The translations under genes were made by a program, and so were the position numbers. Below are positions 26,521 through 37,624 of a stretch of DNA of 64,000 nucleotides, in pieces (positions within the stretch are counted from its first letter, which is position 1; each line of letters opens with the position of its first letter). Origin of the DNA: Octopus sinensis (Eukaryota). Where the stretch lies: NCBI RefSeq assembly GCF_006345805.1, contig NC_043009.1, forward strand, positions 69,068,001-69,132,000. The letters run 5' to 3'. The notes beneath the pieces were generated by a model. That model ran no database searches. It saw only the letters and a program-made list of their open reading frames with translations, and had not been told where the DNA came from.

Positions 26521-27381
26521 TTGAGATGTTCTTTAATTGTTTCAGTATTTGGACAGCAGGAATGCTTGAGCCCCATCTCCAATGACCTCAGCTCCAGTAC
26601 TTATTTCACTCGGCTACTTACTTTATCACTTTGCTGACCACTACTGTTATACTGGACACTTGGCCATATTGAAGGTTGTATCCTGCACACTAGTAGAGGA
26701 CAATCACCACTGAAATGTATTTATATTATTGGCCACAACACATACCATGGATTGAAAGACTAGCGAACATTCCTCCTGGGACAGGAGCAATTTCTTTTTT
26801 GGTCATGTGCTCATACCATGTGATGTTTTGGGCTCTTATGTGAAGCCTGGTGTAGATACCATCAAAGCAATCTTGATAGTCTTTCTTCATACCTCATCAA
26901 GTCTCTAACTGTATTGTACATTATATATGTAATGTTTTTTATTATATATTACAGATATATTTATTATATATATATATATCATCATTGTCATCATTTAACG
27001 TTTGTTGTCCATTCTAACATGGGTCAGGTGATTTGGCCAAAGCTGGTAAGCTGGAGAGAGCTGTACAACACTCTAGTCTGATTTGGCATTGTTTTTACAG
27101 CTGGATGCCCTTCCTATATGTATGTGTGTGTGTGTGTGTACGTATGTATGTATGTATACATGCCAGCATGGAAAATGGATATTAAAGGATGGTGATGATG
27201 ACAATGATGATGATTTTATTATATATTACATATGTGTTTATTATATGTGAATTTTGTTGTACATTACTGTAAATATGCATGTACATTTAAGTGCAGGTAT
27301 ATGTATTTATGTATATTTATGTATATGTATGTATATGTGTGTGTATTTATATTTATAACTTAACTTTATGTACTTTCTAAA

Positions 27382-27505
27382 ATCTCTGACGAAGCCTAGA
27401 GAAACAGCCAAGTACCTTATTTCCATCTACTAATTACTTCATTCTACTGGAGGGATAAAAGTAGAATGGGGTATTTTTGCCTCTTGGCTGAAACAGCTGT
27501 AAGAT
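27382..27505 (+). ncRNA. Type I hammerhead ribozyme motif, family 3 (extended stem II, palindromic stem III ACAGCUGU, GUA site)
   Basis: ATCT(27382-85) CTGACGA(27386-92) AGCCTAGAG ... CTCTTGGCT(27481-89) GAA ACAGCTGT(27493-500) A(27501) AGAT. Inner hairpin CATTCTACT/AGTAGAATG. All conserved core nucleotides are present. Confidence 0.8.
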
Positions 27506-27734
27506 ATTATCCCAATTTCTATTACTCTGTGTTATATTTGAATAATTACTGATATTTTCATATTTTACATGTTATATATGTAAAGTATAATATGTTATAC
27601 ATGTATGTATATTGTTATAATTGTCCTTTTAGTAAATAAATAAATAAATTGACATAATATAATGTCTAAAAGTTGATGAATACCACCAATTGATCCCCTC
27701 CATTTTCTTATTGCTCTCACATATATATATATAT

Positions 27735-28034
27735 GTGGAGCCGCAATGGCCCAGTGGTTAGGGTAGCGGACTCGCGGTTGTAGGATCGCGGTTTCGATTC
27801 CCAGACCGGGTGTTGTGAGTGTTTATTGAGCGAAAACACCTAAAGCTCCACGGGGCTCCGGCAGGGTGGTGGCAATCCCTGCTGTACTCTTTCGCCACAA
27901 CTTTCTTTCATTCTTTCTTCTGTTGGCCTGCTCGCTTAGCCAGCGGGGTGGCGTCATTTGAAGGCTAAAACAATGCGAAGCGCATTGTAACCAGCGATGT
28001 GTAGCAACATCTGATAGCTTGGTCGGTCACGGTG

Positions 28035-28035
<1 letters not shown>
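27735..28035 (+). mobile_element. Apparently full-length tRNA-derived SINE inserted in (TA)n
   Basis: A box TGGCCCAGTGG (27747-57) and B box GTTTCGATTCC (27791-801). A tRNA-like head is followed by ~230 bp of unrelated body, with (TA)n on both sides. No intact acceptor stem, so not a tRNA gene. Confidence 0.8.
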
Positions 28036-28083
<48 letters not shown>

Positions 28084-28772
28084 TACCAGTTAAAGAATAG
28101 TATTTATGTATATATATCCACTTACTAAAATGTACAATAAAGTCATCCACTTTATGGCTATGAATGAGTACAATAACTGTTTAATGCTCAATTTTACTCC
28201 CGATAAAACTGTGTTTGTGAGGCTACTTCATGTATCACAAGTGCTGAAGAACAGAAATACTCTGGGATGAAACATTCAAAAGATTAATTATTGAAAGATA
28301 AGATAGTTTTTGTTATATTTTTTTTAAGAATTACATTAAAGTAAGAGGCGTATTCGAAGTAAAACAAAAGTCATTGATGAACATAAAATAAATATAGCAA
28401 ATATCAGATAAAGCTAATCTTATTAGATAACCATTTTGTGCACGTGTGTGTGAGGGGGAGAGAGAAAGAGAGAGATAATTTATGGGTGCGTAAAATTCTT
28501 ATTAATGACACAGTGAAAATATGATTACATCAATAAATCATTTTTTTTTAAAAGTGCAAAATTATGCAATAATTCATATAACTTCTACTACACGTATTGA
28601 TTTTATATATATATATATATTATATATATATATATGATAGACAGATAAATATTCATAGTTATATGTTTATGTATGCGTGTGTGAGTGTGTTTGTGTGTGT
28701 GTATTTATATATTTATACATATACATTTTTAAATATATCATTTTTATCCCATTGTTATACTTACAGTGCGCT

Positions 28773-28812
<40 letters not shown>

Positions 28813-28816
<4 letters not shown>

Positions 28817-29850
28817 AGGTGCAGTGAATAAATTGTTGTCTAAATTATGCAAAAATGAAAATAGCACTGACATCTCATTTTAACAGATATATTTACCAAA
28901 ATTTCATAAAAAATATCTTGGAATACTAAAGAGTAAATTTATTCAATAAAATCGCCATTGGCTCCAACCGCAACCTCCAGACAACTTTGGAATCTCCTTC
29001 AACTCTTCTGGACGGTCACCTTGTTTAAGTTGGTGAATGCTGCCATAATCTTTGCCTTCATCTTTGGTGTTACAAGGAGTTTTGTTGGTCTCTTGCTCAA
29101 CTGCACCCCACACTTATAATCAAAGGGGTTACAGTCTAGGGAGTTAGGTGGCGAGATGTTAGGGTTGATGTGGTTGCAGAAATTGTCTGACAGCCGTGAC
29201 TGGGTTTTCCTGCTTGTGTGGGATGGTGCAGAGTCCCGTTGCCAGACATAGATTCTTCCAGCAGCCACCCTTTTCAACCAGAGCAGTACTACCTCCTCCA
29301 GGCACTTGATGTGTTGAGAAGATGAATGGAGGCATGACATCGCCATTACTAGTGATCACTCCAAACACCATGATGTTTACCGGATGTTTGATCTTTATCA
29401 GTCTTAGTACATGTTTTGGGGACATGGCAAACCAAAGGTTGTTCTGTGTGTTCACCATCTGATCTTGGCAGAAAGTTTTCTTGCCTGAGAAAAACCAAAG
29501 CATGTTCAGTTGAAAGGGATGCTTGAGTCTGTTCAAAAGCTTTGTTGCACAGTCTTTTCTCTTCTCTTTGATTGCTTGGGGCAAAAACTGGTCCTTTCTC
29601 ATCTTGTATGAAGAATACCGAATGTCTTCATGCACCTCTTTTGCCTGATAAGAAACTGAGGCACTTCCATGTCCTTGGTGATGGACCTGATTGACTTGGA
29701 GGGGTCATTGTCAATCATGACCAGGATCTCACCAACAGATTCAGGAGTTATTTTTTTATCAGAACGATCAGAGTGAGTTTTCGAAGCTGCCGTACTTTTG
29801 TAGCCACCATTAGACTCATCCAGCTCTTTCTGAATACTCTGCACTGTCCT
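28813..29850 (-). mobile_element. Decayed Tc1/mariner transposon of DD37D (maT) type
   Basis: Frameshifted transposase WFFS...VFGVITSNGDVMPPFIF and VWQRDSAPSH...PPNSLDCNPFDY. I count exactly 37 residues between the second and third D. A TIR-like end lies next to (TA)n near 28813. Confidence 0.88.
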
Positions 29851-31948
29851 CAGATTGACACCCAGATACTCTGTCCATCTTCCATGCTGGCATGGGTTGG
29901 ACAGCTTGTCTGGTTCCTATGGCCCAGAAAACTCCATTGTCTGTTTTATATGGTTTCTATGGCTGGATGCTCTTCTTCATTGCAACAACTCTACAGAGTG
30001 TACTAGGTGCTTTTTCATGACACCAGCACGTCTTGTGAGATCACCACGTAGCTTGCCAGATTAAAGTCCTCATTATCTAAGTAGGACTATAGTAGATGAG
30101 GAGGCAGCCTCACAGTAGGTGATGGGAAGTAAAGGTATGAAGAAAAGGGCCAGAACAGGTTTCTCGCTGCAGAGGAGATACATGGCTGGCCACATTATGC
30201 AAGAGCGGATGGAATTAAGCAGTGTGGAATTGGAAAGAGAGATAAAGATGGTGGGATGACAAGGTGTGTTGGGTTAGGCCCTGGGGTAGAAGAAATGAAA
30301 GGAAGGCTGGGTAGAGTTAGCAAAAATTCCTGCCAACACCTTGGCATATGACCAATTAACTGTACATCAAGATTTTATTGGTTGCCAAAAAATCTGTTAG
30401 AAAATGTTTTTATTCAATTGCGATACACCGAGTGTGTCGTAGTTTCGTCTATTCACAAGTAAAGACACCCTACATTTTCCAGTATCATTTGTGTAACACA
30501 CATAATCAAGGAAAGTGGCCATTGTTGATGGAGGCTTTGTGTGGATGAATAAATGAGTGCTTTTTTTAAAATTTAATGACCATTATGTGTAGGAAATATA
30601 CTGTTTTAGGTGGTTACTTGTTGGAAACTCCTCAATGAATTGTGTTTTAAGAATTCACCGATTTGAATCTTTTGTTCAAATTTATAAAAGGTTGTAATAA
30701 AATGTTTTACTTCCCCAAAGAGCTTGAGATCTCATTCATCAAAATATCAAGTGTTTTCACACATGAATAGATGAGGTTGTAGTTAGAGGTGCAGGCATAG
30801 CTGTGTGGCTTTTCTACAATAGCCCTGGGCTGACCAAAGCCTTGTCAGTGGATTTGGTAAACAGAAACTGAAAGAAGCCCTTTGTGTGTGTGTGTGTGTG
30901 TGTATCTTTGTCTTGACAACACATGGTTGTTGTAAATGAATATCTTTCCTTTCCAATATTCTGTGGAAACATGTCTGCCCATAGGGAAATATTTCCTTGC
31001 TTGGAATAAACTTTGGTGACAGGAAGGACATCCAGATGTAGAAAATTTACCTCAACAAAAATTCCTTTGGACCCACGCAAGCATGGAAAAGAGGGCATTA
31101 AAATGATGATACGCACGCACACACACACACACACACCTTTTATCATTTGTTTCACTCATTAAACTGTGGCCATGCTGGAGTGCCACTTTGAATGGTTTTA
31201 GTCAAAAAATTGACCCCAGCTCTTATTCGTTAGTCTAATACTTCTTGTATTGCTCTCTTTTACCAAAATGCTAGGTTATGGTGATATAAACAAACCAACA
31301 CTGGTTGTCCAGGCCAACCAAAGCCTTGTAAGTGGATTTGATAGATTGAAAGAAGCTCATCGTGTGTGTGTTTGTGACCCACCACCGCTTGGCAACCAGT
31401 GTGGGTTTGTTTACATCCTTGTAATTTAATGGTTCAGCCAAAGAGAAAGAGAGAATATGTACCAGGCTTAAAAATAAGTCCTGGGGTCAATTCATTCGAC
31501 TAGAACCCTTCAAGGCAGTGCCCCAGCATGGCCACAGTCCAAATGATTGAAACAAGTAAAAGATACAAGATGAGAAATATTACATAATTCTTCTAATCAT
31601 AGCGCACGCGCACACACACACACACACACACACACAAACACGCACGCATGCACATCACCAAATCTCTCTTCTCACTTGTCATCTAATTCCAGATTCTCAC
31701 CAACTTAGTCTAATACTCATTTTTATCATGTAATAATTTATCTTTCTATAATCTGATAAGCTACAATTTTTTTTTTGTTTTTTACATTTTAATATAAATT
31801 CTAGTTGGTTATTTTGCAGGTTTTTTAAATTCAAATATAGTTTCAATTCACTCCTCTTTTATTTAGCTTATAATGCTGATACTGTAAATTATCATCATCA
31901 TCATCATTATTATCAACAGCATCATTATCATCATCATCTATTATCATC

Positions 31949-31982
<34 letters not shown>

Positions 31983-32184
31983 TGCTTAGTTACAAACCTA
32001 TAAACTGCTAACATCTCCCTTACCTCAGCTATCAGAAACTCGTTAGTTTATTAGACTTTTTGTGTCTTTTTTTGGTTTTTTTTTTTTGCTATTTTATATT
32101 TTAGCATTAAAAAAATATTTAAGATTAAACAAAATAAAAATATCTTTTAACTGATAAAAGCTTCTTAGTATTAATTGTAAATCT

Positions 32185-32222
<38 letters not shown>

Positions 32223-32957
32223 AACGAAGAAACCTTGGTACAGTTTCATTTGTAAATGGAATCTTACATTAATTCTCGTGGAATATGTCAGTCTTATGCA
32301 ATAGTTCCTTCTCATTTTAATGGAATGTGTTGTCAAATACTCCATGCACATGTGGAGAAAAAAAATTGTCAAGATTTAAAAACACACATGTACACTCACA
32401 CACACACTCACTCACACACACACACACACACTCACTCACACACACACACACACGTCATGGTGCTTTTCAAAGTTATCACGCCCTCATAAGTGGATGTTGT
32501 TTATGATCCCTACTCATAGAAGCAGTGGAACAAGAATATTCTATGTTGCTTTTAGAAATCCTTTTAAGGCAATGAACCGGAAGAATTGATGACAAAATAC
32601 TTGGCAGCATTTCTTCTGCCATTCTACGTCTACATTCTGAGTTCAAATTCTACCAAGGTTTACTTTGTGTTTCATCACTTCCAGGGTCAATAAAATAAGT
32701 ACCAGTTAAGCACTGGGGGTCAATGTGATCAACCAACCCCACCCCAACAACCTTAAAATTGCTGGCCTTGTGCTATTATTAGAGATTCTTTTTAGTTAGG
32801 AACCAAAAGGACAAGATCCTGTTCAGGAAGCTGCTGAGCTTAGAGATTTTGTGATTCTCAATGACATCGTTTACCTCTCCTGCTGTGCATGATTCCTCAT
32901 CTCTTAAAGAACTGTATTATCTAATTGGTACAGCGCCGACATTAGACTTCAATGGAC

Positions 32958-33001
32958 ACACCTGATGAAGGCTGGAAGGTACATCAACTGAAACGTTGTG
33001 T
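32958..33001 (+). ncRNA. Minimal hammerhead motif, family 4, weakened stem II
   Basis: ACAC CTGATGA a GGCTG gaaggtacat CAACT GAA ACGT T GTGT. The core is intact, but stem II has one mismatch and one G-U pair. Confidence 0.55.
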
Positions 33002-33390
33002 TAACAACAAAGAAGATGATATTTGTCCTCATCTTGTTTGTTGTTAACACAACATTTTGGCAGATGTACTCTCCAGCCTTCATCAAGTGTCCAAGGGGAA
33101 TTTTAAACTTGGGTTCTCATTCCTAAAGTATTTTTCCGATGTTATTATTATTATTATCTTTCAGGTCACTGCCTGGAATCGAACTTGGAATCTTGGGGTT
33201 AGTAGCCTGTGCTCTTAACTGCATATGGCGTAGTGGTTAAGAGCATGGGCTACTAACCCCAAAATTTCGAGTTCGATTCCAGGCAGTGACCTAAACAATA
33301 ATAATAATAATAATAATAATGATAATAGTAGTAGTAGTAACATCAGAAAAATACTTTAGGAATGAGAACCCAGGTTTGAAATTTCCCCAA

Positions 33391-33435
33391 GACACCTGAT
33401 GAAGGCTGGAGGGTACATCAGCCGAAACGTTGTGG
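33391..33435 (+). ncRNA. Minimal type I hammerhead motif, family 4, intact core (stem III ACGU, GUU site)
   Basis: GACAC CTGATGA(33396-402) a GGCTG gagggtacat CAGCC GAA ACGT T(33431) GTG. Stem II is a perfect 5 bp, stem I is 3 bp in this copy, and stem III has no loop. Confidence 0.75.
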
Positions 33436-33750
33436 TAACAACAAATAAGATGAGGACAAATATCCATCAAATGTAAATAATGTTAATAATTCCTCACCTC
33501 TTAAATATAGAACTGTAGAATGGAGAATTATATTAGTTATCTACTTAATTATCTCTGATTAGTCGGAAATGAAGCACATTTTATTGCAGAGAGTAATAAT
33601 CATAAGAAGAAATATGTGCGTGTGTGTGTGGTAGAATGGTATTGGTTGGTGGTGGGGAGCAGTGAGGGAGGGGTCGTTAAGTTCTCAGTCATTAAAAAGA
33701 TACAGAAACTGCTTCATTTAGAGGTGAGTTAGAGGTCAAGAGTCTTTGAA

Positions 33751-34950
33751 GACAGGAGTAGCTGTGTGGTAAGAAGCTTGCTTCCCAACCACATGGTTCC
33801 GGGTTCAGTCCCACTGCATGGCACCTTGAACAAGTGTTTTTACTATAGCCTTGGGCTGACCCAAGTCTTGTGAGTGGATTTGGTAGACGGAAACTGAAAG
33901 AAGCCCGTCATGTATTTATGTGTGTTTGTGTGGCTGTGTTTGACCCCCTCCCATCATCACTTGACAATCATTGTTGGTGTGTTCACATCCCCGTAACTTA
34001 GCAGTTTGGCAAAAGAGACCGATAGAATAAGTACTAGGCTTACAAGAATAAGTCTTGAGGTCGATTTGTTTGACTAAAGGCAGTGCTCCAGCATGGCCGC
34101 AGTCAAATGACTGAAACAAGTAAAAGAGTAAATGTGTATATATATGTGTGTGTCTGTGTTTGTCCACACACCATCACTTAACAACCGATGTTGGTGTGTT
34201 TACATCCCTGTAACTTAGCAGTTCAGCAAAAGAGACCAATAGAATAAGTACTAAGCTTACAAAAGACGGTGCTCCAGCATGGCCGCAGTCAAATGACTGA
34301 AACATGTAAAAGAAAAAAGAATGGCAAGATGAGGAGACTGACAAGATTCAAGCCTTATGTGACGATGGAGAAGTTTTGACTGCACGGAAATCAGAGGCAG
34401 TGAGTTTAACCCCTTCAGCGTAGGTGGCTGCCGACAGAGTCAGTGTTATCTTATTGCTTTATCTGGGGAAGCAGTAGTTCCCATGACCCTTTTCACCATC
34501 TGTCCCTCGGGAGTTAAAGGCACACAATGGCCAGATGGTAAAATAGATTATGGGTTAAGCCTGTTACTACCATTATATTTTTGCATGTTACCGAGAGGAA
34601 AAGGAGAAAAGTCTTTGAGCCAGAGTAACAGAGAGTGTGTACCTCTTCTTCTTGACCAGTGGTTCCCAACCTGTGGTCTGCAAACCCCTGGTGGTCCACA
34701 AATGGAGTACTGGAGATCCATTCAAAATTTCAGATATATATATATATACTCTTTTACTTGTTTCAGTCATTTTGACTGTGGCCATGCTGGAGCACCACCT
34801 TTAGTCGAGCAAATCGACCCCAGGACTTATTCTTTGTAAGCCTAGTACTTATTCTATCGGTATCTTTTGCTGAACCGCTAAGTTACAGGGACGTAAACAC
34901 ATCAGCATCGGTTGTCAGGCGATGTTGGGGGGACAAACACAGACACACAA

Positions 34951-34993
<43 letters not shown>

Positions 34994-35170
34994 CATACAT
35001 ATATATACGATGGGCTTCTTTCAGTTTCCATCTACCGAATCCACTCACAAGGCTTTGATTGGCCTGAGACTATAGTAGAAGACACTTGCCCAAGGTGCCA
35101 CGCAGTGGGACTGAACCCGGAACCATGTGGTTGGTAGGCTAGCTACTTACCACACACCCACCCCTATGCC
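33751..35170. mobile_element. Inverted (tail-to-tail) pair of tRNA-derived SINEs of the gtggtaagaagcttgcttcccaaccac family
   Basis: Plus copy ~33751-34315 has a duplicated 3' part. Minus copy is ~34749-35170. Many other family copies occur (e.g. ~6490-6850, ~10450-10810, ~45400-45750). Confidence 0.85.
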
Positions 35171-37035
35171 TATATGTGTGTGTGTGTATACACACACACA
35201 TATATATATATAAGGATAAGCATATTAAAAGGGGTTTGTGTGAAAGCTCATTTAAATAAAAGGGATCCTTGGTAGGGAAAATGTTTGGAACCACTGGCGT
35301 AGACCAAGAAAGTGCTTTCAGCCCACAAACTGGTTTTATGACGAGGCTGCAAAATTGCATTTGCTTTAATAGTTGTCTTTGTATAACCCCAGGCCAATCC
35401 TGGTTGTGCACACCTATGATTGAAGGTGCAGTTGCTGCTGTGTTAGAGTATTTATAAGTGAGTAGGGCCATAGCAGCTGGATGCACAATGTCATTCTAGA
35501 ATCCCTCTCAGAGGATGACATGGCTCATCTTTGATTATTGGTCAGCGGCACCAGAGTTAATTAAATGCCACCTATTCATAGCCAGGTGGATGAAGAGGTC
35601 AGTGTCTTTTGCAAGGTCATTTGAACAATGTCGAGGATTGGATATTAAAGTGAAGTGTCTTCAGCAAAGAAGCCAGATTTCTTGAATAAGACTTTAGCAC
35701 ATTATAACGGTTCGTATATTCCATCCCCACCACCTCAGCAATAACGTGGGAAGTGGTTGAGAAGTAAAAAGGAAAACTGAAGGAAATATTGATTCTGGAA
35801 TTTGAACTAAAGCCATAACTTTTGACCTTGTAATATATCTCTATATTATTTAAGTATCTTCATTACCTCTGCTTCTTGTGGTGCTTAGGACGCAGGGAAA
35901 TAAACTGTGTGAGATTATATACATACATACATACATACATATATATATATATTTATATGTATATACACCCACACACAAATTTGCCCTGGGAAAATATTAG
36001 TATATAACTGTAATAAACGTAGATATTTAGTTAAACATTGGAATTGAAGGAAATCTGTGTTTTATGTTTTGGTTTTACAGTTTGTTGAAACTAAAGAATT
36101 GAATGTTTCGGCATTTATCCCTGTGGGGTGGGGGGAGGGAAAGAATGATGGGTTTTATTACCAGGCTGCAAAATTGCCTATACTTTAATGACTGTTGTTG
36201 TATAACCCCAGGCAGGACTTGGTTGTGCTCACCTCTGATTAAAAGTGGTGTCTGTGTTCAGGTATTATTCGTTTTGTTTTGAAGAGAGGTGGAGCAGTTG
36301 TAACAGACCTGGTTGTATAAAGAAGTTGGTCTCATAAATCTGTGGTCATTGGTTCAATACCACTGCACAGCACCTCGGGTAAGTTTCTTCCACCACAGCC
36401 TTAGGTCAATCAATGCCTTATGAGGGAACTTTGGTGGATGGAAACTGTGTGGAAGCCCATGGTATAAGTTTGTATTTGTGAATACCATCGTGATTAACTA
36501 GTGGTGTTTGTATTTCCAAAGGGGGCAGAATAAATCCCTAAATGAATTCATTCAGCCACTTAATAAACAGTGTGGCTTAGTGGTTAGGGTGTTCAGTTCG
36601 TGATTGTAATATCAGGAGTTCAATTCCAAGCAGTGGGTTGCGTTGTTGAGCAAGACACTTTATTTCATGTCGCTCAGCTGCTAAAAATTGGGTTGTACCC
36701 GTATTTCGAAGGGGCCAGCCTTTATTTCACGAGGTGGCTGTTCCATTGATTGGATCAAGTGGAACCCTCATTGTTGTAACTGACAGAGTGCAAGTTTTTT
36801 TTTTTTTTAAACGGAGATCAATAACAGGTGTCCTGGGGTTTATGTAATTGATTTAAATCCAATGAATGAAGCCAACAGTGTATTGAGGACTACATTATCT
36901 AATGTAGGGTGCAGTCATGGCTGAGTGATTAAGAAGTTTTCTTTTCGCACCATGATGTCCAAGGTTCCATCCCACTGCATGGCGTCTTGGATAAATGTTT
37001 GATTATAGTCTTGAGTCAACCCTTATCTTCTAAGT

Positions 37036-37422
37036 CAGTGGTTCTCCACCAGGTTTTATATGCTCTTTGGGGTCCATTTAAGATTTTGGTGGTCCACACA
37101 AGTGAGACAGCAAATTAGGGATCCACAGTATTATTTTAAGGGTCCATGAAAAGACTTTGCATTAGATGTACTTACTGCAAGAAACAGCTGGGTTTCTTTC
37201 TCCGATGCTTAACACAGTTCAACGGTCGAAAGATTGAACCAAGGAAAATGTGTTTGTTGCTAACATCTGCAAAAGTAAATGTTTCAAAAACAAAGTATGA
37301 ATTCTGAAAGAAGTGTGTATAAAACAGGTTTTGAAAACACTGAATGGCTCTGGGGTGGGGGTTCACCAGCATAAAATAGTAATCAAAGGAATCCATAGGT
37401 AAAAAATGGTTGAGAACCACTG
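37036..37422. mobile_element. hAT-type MITE nested inside a SINE
   Basis: TIRs CAGTGGTTCTC/GAGAACCACTG. The sequence tcttctaagt is on both flanks (37026-35 and 37424-33). The interrupted SINE resumes as ggatttgggtagatggaaactg. Confidence 0.8.
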
Positions 37423-37624
37423 GTCTTCTAAGTGGATTTGGGTAGATGGAAACTGTACAGAATCCTTCCAGATGGATTATACATGTAATTCAAAGTTTCA
37501 GCCTTGAGAACTACAGGAAGGGTAGACATGTCTGCAGAATACTCTCGGCTGCTGCTTGGTATGATAGTTCAATGATGGTCTCCCATTAATCAAGCAATTT
37601 AGACACCCCCGAGCGTAATTGTTG

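Larger units (their letters stand above)
32890..33517. mobile_element. tRNA-headed hammerhead-bearing short element, locus 1 (partial +, inverted -, full +)
   Basis: Plus copy ~33224-33517 has A box TGGCGTAGTGG (33226-36), B box GTTCGATTCC (33271-80), a (TAA)n spacer, HHR 33391-33435 and an AT-rich tail. An inverted copy lies at ~33021-33220 and an extra HHR fragment at 32958-33019. Confidence 0.85.

Noticed and set aside
27735-27810. Possible tRNA gene
   Set aside because: A and B boxes are present, but there is no proper acceptor stem and it continues into a SINE body. The same applies to the heads at 33226 and 62815.
28240-28285. CTGAAGA...GAAAC hammerhead-like spacing
   Set aside because: No convincing stem I or stem III pairing and no valid cleavage context. 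At best a very decayed motif.
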